The notes beneath the pieces are model-generated. The model saw only the letters and a list, made by a program, of their open reading frames with translations, was not told the origin of the DNA and did not search any database. Position numbers and translations under genes: made by a program. A DNA stretch of 64,000 bases from Bacteroidota bacterium (lineage in GTDB: Bacteria > Bacteroidota > Bacteroidia > Bacteroidales > WCHB1-69): assembly GCA_023413895.1 (NCBI GenBank), contig JAEZOU010000003.1, positions 148,265-212,264 on the forward strand, read 5' to 3'. Shown one piece after another: positions 18,677 through 27,847 of this stretch; the first letter of the stretch is position 1; each line of letters begins with the position of its first letter.

Positions 18677-20659
18677 CTAAGATTCATCATTTCGTTGCAA
18701 CACAATCATCGTACGCGTAGGAAGATAGAGCGATAGTCCTCCACTATTATTACTATATGTGTACTTACTATAAATGCGGGAAAAACCGCCAAACTCTTCA
18801 GAATCTGTATTCAAAACAATTGAATATCTTCCATTTTCACAATTCACATAGTAATCAGTGTAAGAATTCTGCGGAGAAAAATTTGCCACAAACAGATAAT
18901 TCCCTCGCGAATATGCCAACACTTGCGTTTGGGGATTCTGTTCTAAAACTTGCGGCAAATAGTCTAAAATAGACTCTTCTAAAAATAAATTTATCATCTC
19001 TTTATCAAATAGATAAAGATAACTATATACTAAATTTTCATCAGCAGCTAAATTCCATTGTCTTCTTGCATAGCGATACGACCAGTTGTTGCCTTCGCGG
19101 GGAAAGTCTATCCATTCTGGATGTCCAAACTCATTTCCCATAAAATTCATATACCCTCCTTGTGCCAACGAAATCGTTAATAGACGCATTATTTTATGAA
19201 GTGCTATAGCTCTTTGCACGTTTAGGGTTGCCAAATCTTTCTGCATTGCCGTATAGATTTCTGCTCCCACCATCCTCGAAAGGAAAGTTTGGTCCCCAAC
19301 CATAGCTTGATCGTGACTTTCGGAGTACGCAATCACTTGTTCTTCAGGACGTTTATCAGTAAGACGAAAAAAAATATCACCTGGCGACCAATACTCATCA
19401 GCACACTCTTTCAACATTTTCGTCCAAAAATCTGCCACGCCCATCGACATTCTATAATCAAAACCTACCCCTCCCAACTGGTTTGGGAATGCTAAACCCG
19501 GCAATCCGCTCACATCTTCTGCAATAGTAAAAGCCTGTGGATTAACTTGTTTCACCAACATATTAGCGAGATAGAGATAAGAAATAGCATCTTCATCTAC
19601 ATTATCATCAAAATATTGTGCATAATCCACAAAATCCACTCCAATTCCATGATTCACGTAGCACATACTGGTAACGCCATCAAACCGAAAACCATCAAAA
19701 TGAAAAACTTCCAACCAATATTTAAGATTTGACAATAAAAAGAAAATGGTATCACGTTTGCCATAATCGAAGCAGTGGGAATTCCACACTGGATGGATAG
19801 TGCGCTCACCTGAATGAAAATAGAGATTTCCTACTCCATCAATCTTAGAAATTCCTTCTTTCTCATTACTAACTGAGTGAGAATGAACTACATCCATAAT
19901 TACAGAAATTCCCAAACGATGAGCTTCATCAATCAATTCCATTAGCTCTTCTGGTGTTCCGAATCGGAAAGATGGTGCAAAAAAATTGGAAACTTGATAG
20001 CCAAATGAACCATAATATGGATGTTCGTGAATGGCCATCAGTTGAATTGTATTATAGCCCAATTTTTTAATTCGAGGCAGCACATTTTCTTTAAATTCCC
20101 AATAGGTAGAGATTTTTTCTTCCTGCGCTGACATTCCGATATGTGCCTCATAAATTATAGGATGGTTAGGACGATTAGGAGAACTATAATGCCATTGATA
20201 AGGTTTTGGTGGATCCCAAACTTGTGCAGAAAATATTTTGGTATTCTCATCTTGTACTACGCGTTGCACGTAAGCGGGCAATCGTTCATCAGCACCTCCT
20301 TGCCACACAATCCATAGTTTATATAGGTCACCATGTTTTAGGTAATTGAGGGGAATCTCTATTTCCCAATCACCATTTTCATTTTTATGCAATTCAAAAT
20401 TGGATTTCACCTCCCAGTAGGTAAAATCGCCATAAACAAAAACCTGCACAGCGTTAGGAGCTTTTTCTCGCAACACCCAGCAGGTATCTGTTTTATGCAA
20501 TCCATAGTATAGATAACCATTCGCCACCTCTTTCAGTTCACGTTTTCCCTCTGTGAACTCAAGTTCGCGCAAGCGAGCCTTTTGATAACGTTTTAATAAC
20601 CTTTGCGAATAAGGTTTCAGATAAGGATCTTTTTCGACGAGTGGTGATTTCGTAATCAT
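18677..20659 (-). CDS. glgB: 1,4-alpha-glucan branching enzyme (GH13, eukaryote-like subfamily)
   Basis: 660 aa. GH13 catalytic motifs are present: DVVHSH, GFRFDGVTSM, IAEDVSG, SHDQ and GNEFGHPEW. Confidence 0.9.
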   Translation of the reverse strand: MITKSPLVEKDPYLKPYSQRLLKRYQKARLRELEFTEGKRELKEVANGYLYYGLHKTDTCWVLREKAPNAVQVFVYGDFTYWEVKSNFELHKNENGDWEIEIPLNYLKHGDLYKLWIVWQGGADERLPAYVQRVVQDENTKIFSAQVWDPPKPYQWHYSSPNRPNHPIIYEAHIGMSAQEEKISTYWEFKENVLPRIKKLGYNTIQLMAIHEHPYYGSFGYQVSNFFAPSFRFGTPEELMELIDEAHRLGISVIMDVVHSHSVSNEKEGISKIDGVGNLYFHSGERTIHPVWNSHCFDYGKRDTIFFLLSNLKYWLEVFHFDGFRFDGVTSMCYVNHGIGVDFVDYAQYFDDNVDEDAISYLYLANMLVKQVNPQAFTIAEDVSGLPGLAFPNQLGGVGFDYRMSMGVADFWTKMLKECADEYWSPGDIFFRLTDKRPEEQVIAYSESHDQAMVGDQTFLSRMVGAEIYTAMQKDLATLNVQRAIALHKIMRLLTISLAQGGYMNFMGNEFGHPEWIDFPREGNNWSYRYARRQWNLAADENLVYSYLYLFDKEMINLFLEESILDYLPQVLEQNPQTQVLAYSRGNYLFVANFSPQNSYTDYYVNCENGRYSIVLNTDSEEFGGFSRIYSKYTYSNNSGGLSLYLPTRTMIVLQRNDES

Positions 20660-20666
20660 AAAAATA

Positions 20667-21000
20667 AACGGCGGCTTATAAGCCGGATTCTGTCAAGTTC
20701 TGTCATTTATCTACTCTTGTGGTCACCCACAAGCTCTATCGACCTACCCTCCGAGTTAGACGAGCAGCCCTCAAGCCTCGGTTTATTTGGTCTTTCAACC
20801 CATAAGGTTTTCCCCCGTTGGTATCACTAACAACGGCGTGAGCTCTTACCTCGCGTTTTCACCCTTACTTCCGAAGAAGCGGTATCTTTTCTGTGGCACT
20901 ATCTGTCATTCAATGAATGCCTTCCTGTTAGGAAGTATGGCGCTCTGTGTTGTCCGGACTTTCCTCTCCCTTTGCAGGCAGCGACAGAATGGCCGCCGTT
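20667..21000 (-). ncRNA. rnpB: RNase P RNA, bacterial type A
   Basis: The minus strand carries the universal blocks GGGAGAGGAAAGUCCGGACAAC, GUAAGGGUGAAAACGCGAGGUAAGAGCUCACGCC, GACCAAAUAA, GGGUAGGUCGAUAGAGC and AGAUAAAUGACAGAACUUGACAGAAUCCGGCUUAUAAGCC. The P1 helix pairs ACGGCGGC with GCCGCCGU. Ends are estimated from P1 and are good to a few nt. Confidence 0.95.
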
Positions 21001-21005
21001 GATTT

Positions 21006-22139
21006 TTAGTAACTTAGCATTACAGGCATAATCAACATCAGCAGATCTTCCTGTTCGCTATATTGTGTTGTTGGTAGTATTAAAGCAGCACGATTCGGTT
21101 CTGACATCTCTATACTGATCTCATCACAATCCATATTTTCAATCATCTCACGTAAAAACTTAGAGTTGAAACCTATCTGCATATTTGCGCCTGTATAAAC
21201 TCCGCTAATATCTTCGTCGGCTTTACTTGAATAATCCATATCTTCTGCGGTTACGTTAATCTTTTCATCTGACAAAGATAAGCGCACTTGGTAAGTAGAT
21301 TGGTTAGAATACAAGCATACACGACTTATTGTTTTGTGGAAGTCTTTTCTTGACACCACCAATTTATTTGGACTTTCTACAGGAATTACATTTTGGTATG
21401 GAGGGAAATTACCCTCTTTCAAAGATGAAAATAGAACTATATTAGCAAATTCAAAGCGTACGTGGTTTGAGTCTGTAGAGTATTCAACCTGAATTTTTTC
21501 TTCCAAACCTGTCAATACATTTTTCAACTGAATCAAAGGCTTTTTAGAAAGGATAAAGGAAGTTGGTTCATCACATTTTACAGAAGTATGCGTATATCTT
21601 ACCAATTTATGAGCATCTGTTGCCACAAAAGTGATATCATTTTCTGACAAAGCGCAAAAAACTCCCATCATATTAGGACGTAATTCATCATTTCCCGTTG
21701 CAAATAACGTTTTACTAATAGCACGTTGCAACACGGGTGCATCGATTTCGAAACGACGAGGATCTTCAATTTTCTTCAATTCTGGAAAATCTTTACCAGA
21801 CTTACAACTTGAATCATACTCTCCATTTACAGCAGAGAATTTCAATCTTTCATTTTCCTCATCAATATCAAAAACGATAGGAGTTTCTGGAATTAATTTC
21901 AGAGTTTCGATAAGTGTTTTAGATGGAATAGCTACAGAACCCTCACCCTCTACATTTGACAACTGTAATACTGCCGACATTGTGGTTTCCAAATCGGAGG
22001 CTGTTAATGTAAGTGTGTTATTTTCAACTGTAAATAAAAAATTCTCCAAAATAGGCATTGTAGAATTGCTACTAGCAAGAACACCATTAATAGCGGTCAA
22101 ATTCTTATAAAGGGCATCACGGGAAACAATAAATTTCAT
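21006..22139 (-). CDS. dnaN: DNA polymerase III subunit beta (sliding clamp)
   Basis: 377 aa from ATG 22139 (MKFIVSRDALYKNL...). Length and sequence are typical of a three-domain clamp (LTLTASDLE, FNSKFLREM). Confidence 0.92.
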   Translation of the reverse strand: MKFIVSRDALYKNLTAINGVLASSNSTMPILENFLFTVENNTLTLTASDLETTMSAVLQLSNVEGEGSVAIPSKTLIETLKLIPETPIVFDIDEENERLKFSAVNGEYDSSCKSGKDFPELKKIEDPRRFEIDAPVLQRAISKTLFATGNDELRPNMMGVFCALSENDITFVATDAHKLVRYTHTSVKCDEPTSFILSKKPLIQLKNVLTGLEEKIQVEYSTDSNHVRFEFANIVLFSSLKEGNFPPYQNVIPVESPNKLVVSRKDFHKTISRVCLYSNQSTYQVRLSLSDEKINVTAEDMDYSSKADEDISGVYTGANMQIGFNSKFLREMIENMDCDEISIEMSEPNRAALILPTTQYSEQEDLLMLIMPVMLSY

Positions 22140-22165
22140 AAATATCAATCTTTAAAATTAGGCTG

Positions 22166-22173
22166 CAAACTTA
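22166..22173 (-). promoter_or_regulatory. Bacteroidota -7 promoter box (TAAGTTTG on minus strand) for dnaN
   Basis: The plus strand reads CAAACTTA, 27 nt upstream of ATG 22139. Confidence 0.5.
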
Positions 22174-22225
22174 CAAAAAAAAATTGAAATATTCGCAACG
22201 TAGATAATTTAAGTAAAAAAAATTA

Positions 22226-22233
22226 TATCTTTG
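22226..22233 (+). promoter_or_regulatory. Bacteroidota -7 promoter box (TATCTTTG) for rocD
   Basis: TATCTTTG lies 49 nt upstream of ATG 22282. Confidence 0.5.
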
Positions 22234-22281
22234 CAGGCGTTAATTTTGAAACATAATAAATAACCCATAAAAAATTTAACT

Positions 22282-23508
22282 ATGATCGAAAAAATCACCT
22301 CTAGCGCACAAGCTATTGAAATGGAAGCTAAATATGGCGCACACAACTACCATCCACTCGACGCAGTTTTAGCCAAAGGCGAAGGCGTTTTTATGTGGGA
22401 CGTTGAAGGTAAAAAATATTATGACTTTCTTTCTGCCTACTCTGCAGTTAACCAAGGTCACTGCCATCCTAAAATTGTAAAAGCAATGTGCGACCAAGCT
22501 AACACCTTAACTCTTACTTCAAGAGCATTTTACAATGACTGCTTAGGTCCATACGAAAAATATATTACAGAATATTTTGGATACGATAAAGTTCTTCCTA
22601 TGAACTCTGGAGCAGAGGCTGATGAAACAGCTTTAAAACTTTGTCGCAGATGGGGTTATGAAGTGAAAGGTATTCCAGAAAACCAAGCAAAAATCATTTG
22701 CTGCGATGGAAACTTCCACGGAAGAACTATCACCATTATCTCTATGTCCAACGATCCAGATTCTTTTGGCGGTTTTGGACCTTTCACTCCTGGATTTATT
22801 CGCGTTCCTTACAATGATGTTGACGCATTAGCCAAAGCATTAGAAGAAGAAAACGTAGCAGGATTCCTTCTTGAGCCTATCCAAGGTGAAGCAGGTGTTT
22901 ATGTTCCTGAAGATGGTTATTTGAAAAAAGCTTACGATCTTTGTAAAGCAAAAAATGTACTTTTCATTGCTGACGAAGTACAAACAGGTATTGCGCGTAC
23001 TGGTAAATTATTAGCTTGTGACCACGAAGGAGTTCGTCCAGACATTCTTATTTTAGGTAAAGCTCTTTCTGGTGGTACAATGCCAGTTTCTGCAGTTTTA
23101 GCAGACGATGAAATTATGTTAACCATCAAACCAGGTGAACATGGTTCTACTTTCGGTGGAAACCCAGTTGCTTGTAAAGTTGCCATGGCAGCTCTTGAAG
23201 TTGTAAAAGAGGAAAAATTGGCTGAACGCGCTGAGTACCTCGGACAAATCTTCAGAGATGAGATGAGATCTATCCAAAGCGAAATGGTTCAACAAGTGAG
23301 AGGTAAGGGTTTATTGAATGCTGTTATCATTAAACCTAAGAATGGAAAAGAAGCTTGGGATGTTTGCGTGAAGATGAAAGAGTTGGGCGTTTTGGCAAAA
23401 CCAACCCACCAACACATCATCCGTTTTGCTCCTCCATTGGTTATCACAGAAGAACAACTTCGAGATGCAATCTCTCGCATCAAAGAAGCTATTCTTTCTT
23501 TCAACTAA
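22282..23508 (+). CDS. rocD: Ornithine--oxo-acid aminotransferase
   Basis: 408 aa class-III aminotransferase. [33 protein letters not shown] and LGKALSGG are typical of ornithine aminotransferase. Confidence 0.88.
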   Translation: MIEKITSSAQAIEMEAKYGAHNYHPLDAVLAKGEGVFMWDVEGKKYYDFLSAYSAVNQGHCHPKIVKAMCDQANTLTLTSRAFYNDCLGPYEKYITEYFGYDKVLPMNSGAEADETALKLCRRWGYEVKGIPENQAKIICCDGNFHGRTITIISMSNDPDSFGGFGPFTPGFIRVPYNDVDALAKALEEENVAGFLLEPIQGEAGVYVPEDGYLKKAYDLCKAKNVLFIADEVQTGIARTGKLLACDHEGVRPDILILGKALSGGTMPVSAVLADDEIMLTIKPGEHGSTFGGNPVACKVAMAALEVVKEEKLAERAEYLGQIFRDEMRSIQSEMVQQVRGKGLLNAVIIKPKNGKEAWDVCVKMKELGVLAKPTHQHIIRFAPPLVITEEQLRDAISRIKEAILSFN

Positions 23509-23520
23509 TAGCAAAAATTT

Positions 23521-23549
23521 AAAAAGAGGCGTGAACGCCTCTTTTTTTT
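23521..23549. terminator. Bidirectional intrinsic terminator (rocD / convergent 575-aa gene)
   Basis: The sequence is AAAAA-GAGGCG-UGAA-CGCCUC-UUUUUUUU. It forms a GC-rich stem with a tetraloop, flanked by an A-run and a U-run. Confidence 0.85.
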
Positions 23550-25275
23550 ATCCTCTAAATAGAATTTTTCTTCGGAAATTGTGGGTCGGATGTGACATTA
23601 TATCTTTTTCTCTAATCACCTCTTTATCTGAATCTGGAAATTCAGCAATAGAAACATGTGATTGTCTTGAGACAGGATTATACTCGTACCAGTGTACATC
23701 AATTGTATGCCATCTTCCATCGCCTCCGTGCACTCTAACATAATCGACACGTGGAGTTTCAGAGAAACCGTGCGCCGTAACTTGTAGGTCATGCTGCGAA
23801 TTATCAACCGTACGCAGAAGTTTTGTTTTTAAAATATTTGACGTAGCACAACTCGGGTGTGCAAATATTTCTTCACCTTGATGATTCACCAAAGATTCCC
23901 ACTCCCAGAAGGTTGATTTATTCAACAAATCCGCTCCGTAAATATTTTTTCGAGTTCTAATTTGTTGATAAAGAGGAATTGACAACAATGGTGCAAAAGC
24001 GAAATACACCGCACGAAAATACTCTTCGTTGATTTTCATAAATCGCTCCTTTACCAATTCAAAATTATAATCTTGGAAACGGGCGGGGTTAGTATCTATA
24101 TTAAAATCATAGAAGTGTGCTGGATACACAACGTTGATTTTCTTTCGTTTCCTCACTGAGAAATCATCACCATACGCATCTTCCGTATCTTTCATCAACG
24201 CAATAATCTGTTGTTGCGCTATAGGGGTAAAGAGCAAACGATATTCTACTTCATTATCACGATCTTTCGTTGAGAATAGCACCTCAAACTCCTGATTAGA
24301 CATCATCGTGTAGGTATATTTATCCGTCAGATTTCGGGAGAATTTTTCAAGTTCACGACGTTTTCTTCTTTTACGTGAGTTAATCATAAAACCCTCATTT
24401 GCCAATCCTTCTGGTTTTCTGGAGAAGGAGAGGTTGGGGGCTGCATCATTAGCATACAGCAGGAACGTATTATTTCCATAATATGGATAGGGCTTCTCAA
24501 CGGAAGCGTATAACGTTTCACTTTTAGTCACGGAATGCATCTTTCCATCAGAGCCACGTTCCATCACCGTCCAATAGATTGTTTTAGACCCTGTATAAAC
24601 TTTAGTTCCCATACTAAAATTCCTTGTAGTTGCAATTACAAAGGGATTACCTTTAATCTCACCACTATGAGCAAATAGTACCGATGAATCCACGTTAAGA
24701 AAGCCATCATAACCGAACTCCTCATGCAACTGCTTAAGACGAGCAGCATTAAAATAGGAATCGAATTTGATATTGGGCACTGTTTTCTCTATCAATTTTG
24801 TAGGAATATCCCAACTAAAAAGCGTATTAACGGACTCCATCTGCTTCCAAGCGAGATCCAAAACATTCTTATGTTTCTGTTTAAATTCTTCAAGTTCTGA
24901 ATGAAGTATTTTTTTTCTTTTTCTTAACGTTGTAAAGACATAAACTAAAAGGAATACCCCCGTAACTATCGAAATAACAATATAGGAGCGATAAAAAGCG
25001 GGATGAAAAATTGATTCATAATAAAGGGATGATAGCAAGAGAGGAATTGAAGCTATGACAAGAATCACTCTGAACAAGAGCAAACAAGAGAGCCGCTTAT
25101 TATGTTTTTTTATTTTATTTAAGAGCGATTCTGCTGTTGCGCATAACTTTTGGTTTTCTTGTTTATTAATAGTTGCCTTTGCTTCAATTTCAGCGAAAGC
25201 TTCTTCTGCATTTTTTCTAAAAGCAGCCTTTAGTTCATTTTTATAGCGCTCTAAAGGTTCATAGATATCATCCAT
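23548..25275 (-). CDS. Hypothetical two-TM membrane protein, operonic with lemA
   Basis: 575 aa. It has an N-terminal coiled-coil-like ~60 aa, two TMs (LLLFRVILVIASIPLLLSSLYY and YIVISIVTGVFLLVYVFTTL), then RKRKK and a ~450-aa soluble domain with no motif I recognise. It starts 8 nt after the lemA stop. Possibly related to the DUF3137-type LemA partners, but unverified. Confidence 0.6.
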   Translation of the reverse strand: MDDIYEPLERYKNELKAAFRKNAEEAFAEIEAKATINKQENQKLCATAESLLNKIKKHNKRLSCLLLFRVILVIASIPLLLSSLYYESIFHPAFYRSYIVISIVTGVFLLVYVFTTLRKRKKILHSELEEFKQKHKNVLDLAWKQMESVNTLFSWDIPTKLIEKTVPNIKFDSYFNAARLKQLHEEFGYDGFLNVDSSVLFAHSGEIKGNPFVIATTRNFSMGTKVYTGSKTIYWTVMERGSDGKMHSVTKSETLYASVEKPYPYYGNNTFLLYANDAAPNLSFSRKPEGLANEGFMINSRKRRKRRELEKFSRNLTDKYTYTMMSNQEFEVLFSTKDRDNEVEYRLLFTPIAQQQIIALMKDTEDAYGDDFSVRKRKKINVVYPAHFYDFNIDTNPARFQDYNFELVKERFMKINEEYFRAVYFAFAPLLSIPLYQQIRTRKNIYGADLLNKSTFWEWESLVNHQGEEIFAHPSCATSNILKTKLLRTVDNSQHDLQVTAHGFSETPRVDYVRVHGGDGRWHTIDVHWYEYNPVSRQSHVSIAEFPDSDKEVIREKDIMSHPTHNFRRKILFRG

Positions 25276-25283
25276 AAGCCATA

Positions 25284-25949
25284 CTATTTGAAGAAAACTT
25301 CGCGGGCACGCTGTTTTACATCAGAAGAAACAGAGAATGGAATACGAGTTGTATAACGCGCGCGAGCAGCCACAATCATTTTTGTTGGCCAGTCAAAAAT
25401 ATCGCGATTCCACTGGTTTACCGTATCATTATACAATGATCGAGCTGCAGTAATCTCCTTTTGCAAGTATGAATTCTGTTGCATAGCATCAGCAATAGCC
25501 GCATGAGCCTTCAGTTCTGGATAAGCTTCAACTTGCGGGAATAAGCGTGCAAAACTCATATCGATATCGCGTGCTACATCATTGCGTGATTTATTTGGAT
25601 TTACTCCACCTCTATAGGCTGCGACCGTTTTCATAACATCTTTATCTAAATCAATAGCTTTTTCCAACAATGGCACCACATTTTGCAGAATCTGCACTCT
25701 TTGTTCTAAATAATTGTCAATAGTAGAAGCATCTGCTTGTATTTTTTGCTCCAATTGTTGAAAATAATTCTTAGCTTTCACCTTCATAAACAAAAAGATG
25801 ATACCAGGAAGGATTCCACAAATCCATAGAAAAATTTCAAAAATTAAAGAGCCCACCCCAATTTTTACAGGAATCTGTTTTTCAATAACATTTACATCAC
25901 GACCTTCTTGATTTACATTTCCAGTTAATTCATCTAATTCATTAGCCAT
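25284..25949 (-). CDS. lemA: LemA family protein
   Basis: The C-terminal region matches the LemA pattern (VEAYPELKA..., LQKEITAARSLYNDTVNQWNRDIFDWPTKMIVA). There is a single TM preceded by a ~45-aa N-terminal extension. The start is uncertain, either ATG 25949 or 26015. Confidence 0.8.
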   Translation of the reverse strand: MANELDELTGNVNQEGRDVNVIEKQIPVKIGVGSLIFEIFLWICGILPGIIFLFMKVKAKNYFQQLEQKIQADASTIDNYLEQRVQILQNVVPLLEKAIDLDKDVMKTVAAYRGGVNPNKSRNDVARDIDMSFARLFPQVEAYPELKAHAAIADAMQQNSYLQKEITAARSLYNDTVNQWNRDIFDWPTKMIVAARARYTTRIPFSVSSDVKQRAREVFFK

Positions 25950-26049
25950 AGCATATTCTTTTTGACAGGTTCTGACACAACTTTTTACGGCAATAGGATA
26001 TGAGAACCCAAGCATATCCTCTTCCGCATCAAATAGATTTACAACGCTA

Positions 26050-26057
26050 CAAAAATA
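26050..26057 (-). promoter_or_regulatory. Bacteroidota -7 promoter box (TATTTTTG on minus strand) for the lemA operon
   Basis: The plus strand reads CAAAAATA. It lies downstream of the gmhA terminator and upstream of both candidate lemA starts. Confidence 0.45.
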
Positions 26058-26173
26058 AGAAAAAGAAGCATTACTTCACACAAAAAATTTAATAAAATTC
26101 TTATTTGTACAAGAAAATCCTACACTTTTAAGAAACTTCTCATTATCAGAATTAGAACAATACAAATTCCAAC

Positions 26174-26201
26174 AAAAAAGGGCAGAAATTAACTTCTGCC
26201 C
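26174..26201 (-). terminator. Intrinsic terminator after arcC-gmhA
   Basis: The minus strand reads GGGCAGAA-GUUAAU-UUCUGCCC followed by UUUUUUG. It lies 24 nt after the gmhA stop. Confidence 0.8.
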
Positions 26202-26224
26202 TATCTATTTATTTCAAAATAAAC

Positions 26225-26800
26225 TTATCCAAAAATCTCTTTTTCGACATGTTCACACAAAATATGTCCCAACATAATATGAGCTTCTTGAATTCTAGGA
26301 GTATCGGAAGAAGGTACATTAAGCAATATGTCGGAGTATTTTTTCAAATCGCCACCAGAAACTCCTGTCATTCCAACCACAAACACCCCCATTTCTCTTG
26401 CTACTTTACAAGTTTTCAAAATATTTTCACTATTTCCTGATGTTGACAAGGCCACCAAAAGGTCTCCATTGCGAGCTGTTCCCTTTAGCAGGCGTGCATA
26501 TACTTCATCATACCCATAATCGTTAGCCACGGCCGTAAGATATGAAGTATTACAATGAAGAGCTTCTGCATTAAGAGGTTCTCTATCGAAATAGAAGCGA
26601 CCCGACAACTCTGCAGCCAAATGTTGTGCATCAGCAGCGCTACCTCCGTTTCCGCAAAAATGGATTTTACCTCCATTTTTCAAGGTTTTTACCATCTGAG
26701 AAACAATCAAAGCAATACGATCAATCAGCTCAGTATCTTGCAAGATTTGCTGTTTTACTGAGATAGAATTGTGGATTGCCTTTGTGATTTGGTTTTTCAT
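26225..26800 (-). CDS. gmhA: D-sedoheptulose-7-phosphate isomerase (SIS domain)
   Basis: 191 aa. The motifs GGKIHFCGNGGSAADAQHLAAELSGRF and ALSTSGNS match GmhA. Confidence 0.85.
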   Translation of the reverse strand: MKNQITKAIHNSISVKQQILQDTELIDRIALIVSQMVKTLKNGGKIHFCGNGGSAADAQHLAAELSGRFYFDREPLNAEALHCNTSYLTAVANDYGYDEVYARLLKGTARNGDLLVALSTSGNSENILKTCKVAREMGVFVVGMTGVSGGDLKKYSDILLNVPSSDTPRIQEAHIMLGHILCEHVEKEIFG

Positions 26801-26806
26801 ATAAAA

Positions 26807-27745
26807 CTATTTTACAATTCGAGTACCACATGCTGGATTTCCGAGTTCGCCAGCTTCTGTTATGATACACTCTTTACCGCCATTTTCAACGAAATAGATG
26901 GCCGCACGCACTTTCGGTCCCATAGAACCTTCTGTAAAATGACCTTCTGCAAGATATTTCTTAGCTTCTTCTACAGTAATCGTATCTAAAGCTTTTTCGT
27001 TGGGTTTTCTAAAATTGATATACACTTTAGGCACATCTGTCAGGATATAGAACTCATCGGCACGTATTTGCACTGCCGTAATTGCGGAAGCTAAATCTTT
27101 ATCTATAACAGCTTCTACACCACGAATCTCATTTCCATCTTCAACTACTGGAATACCACCGCCACCAACAGTAACCACAATATGACCTTCGTTAGCGAGT
27201 TTTTCAACGATTTCTATATTTTTCACTGCCAATGGCTTGGGGGAAGCCACCACTTTACGCCAACCATTTCCTTTAGGATCTTCTTTAAAAATTGCACCCG
27301 TTTTTTCTGCGTAAGCATCAGCCTCTTCCTTTGAATAGTAAGGACCCACTGGTTTAGTAGGATTTTGGAACATCGGGTCATTTTTATCCACTACCACCTG
27401 AGTAACTAATGTAACCACATTACGGTTAATGCCTGCTTGTGCAAACACATTTCTAAAACCTTGTTCAATCATGTAGCCGATAGAGCCTTGTGTTTCTGAA
27501 ACGCAAAAATCCATTGGCATTACTTGGGTATTGAACACCTGTTTACCCGCTTCATGTTGAAGCATAACATTTCCTACTTGCGGACCATTACCATGTCCGA
27601 TTACAATATTGTGACCTTGTTTTACTAAACTAACTAATGATTGACAAGTTTCTGTAACATTCTGGATTTGTTCCTGATAAGTTCCTTTCTGCCCACTTCT
27701 AAGAAGTGCATTACCTCCGAATGCTATAACTGCTAATTTTGCCAT
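26807..27745 (-). CDS. arcC: Carbamate kinase
   Basis: AVIAFGGNALL, VIGHGNGPQVG and VTVGGGGIPV match carbamate kinase. The ATG at 27745 is preferred over the TTG at 27751 used by the ORF track. Confidence 0.9.
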   Translation of the reverse strand: MAKLAVIAFGGNALLRSGQKGTYQEQIQNVTETCQSLVSLVKQGHNIVIGHGNGPQVGNVMLQHEAGKQVFNTQVMPMDFCVSETQGSIGYMIEQGFRNVFAQAGINRNVVTLVTQVVVDKNDPMFQNPTKPVGPYYSKEEADAYAEKTGAIFKEDPKGNGWRKVVASPKPLAVKNIEIVEKLANEGHIVVTVGGGGIPVVEDGNEIRGVEAVIDKDLASAITAVQIRADEFYILTDVPKVYINFRKPNEKALDTITVEEAKKYLAEGHFTEGSMGPKVRAAIYFVENGGKECIITEAGELGNPACGTRIVK

Positions 27746-27784
27746 AAACAAAATGGTTTTTAATGATTATTAAAAAGAATTATT

Positions 27785-27828
27785 CCGTTGCCGCTAACAA
27801 GATCCGAAGAGGTTGAAACCGGCAACGG
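27785..27828 (-). terminator. Probable intrinsic terminator after the M13 peptidase gene
   Basis: A 9-bp stem pairs CCGUUGCCG with CGGCAACGG. The ~26-nt loop is partly self-paired and contains CUUCGG. AAUAAUUCUUUUU follows on the minus strand. Confidence 0.45.
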
Positions 27829-27847
27829 GATAAAAGATTATTTTTTC

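Noticed and set aside
18484-18720. 78-aa plus-strand ORF (MGVPACPRTKPNTRRRAF...).
   Set aside because: It has a proline/basic low-complexity composition and no promoter or start context. It also runs into the 3' end of glgB on the other strand. I treat the region as non-coding; see the candidate RNA finding.
20787-21002. 71-aa plus-strand ORF.
   Set aside because: It lies entirely within the RNase P RNA gene on the opposite strand. The open frame is a by-product of the GC-rich structured RNA.
21631-22110. 159-aa ORF antisense to dnaN.
   Set aside because: It is a shadow ORF within a conserved gene, with no start context and no motif.
22149-22281. Possible replication origin next to dnaN.
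   Set aside because: There is no dnaA gene in the window. No TTATCCACA-like DnaA boxes are visible in the 133-nt gap, which is fully accounted for by two divergent -7 promoter boxes.
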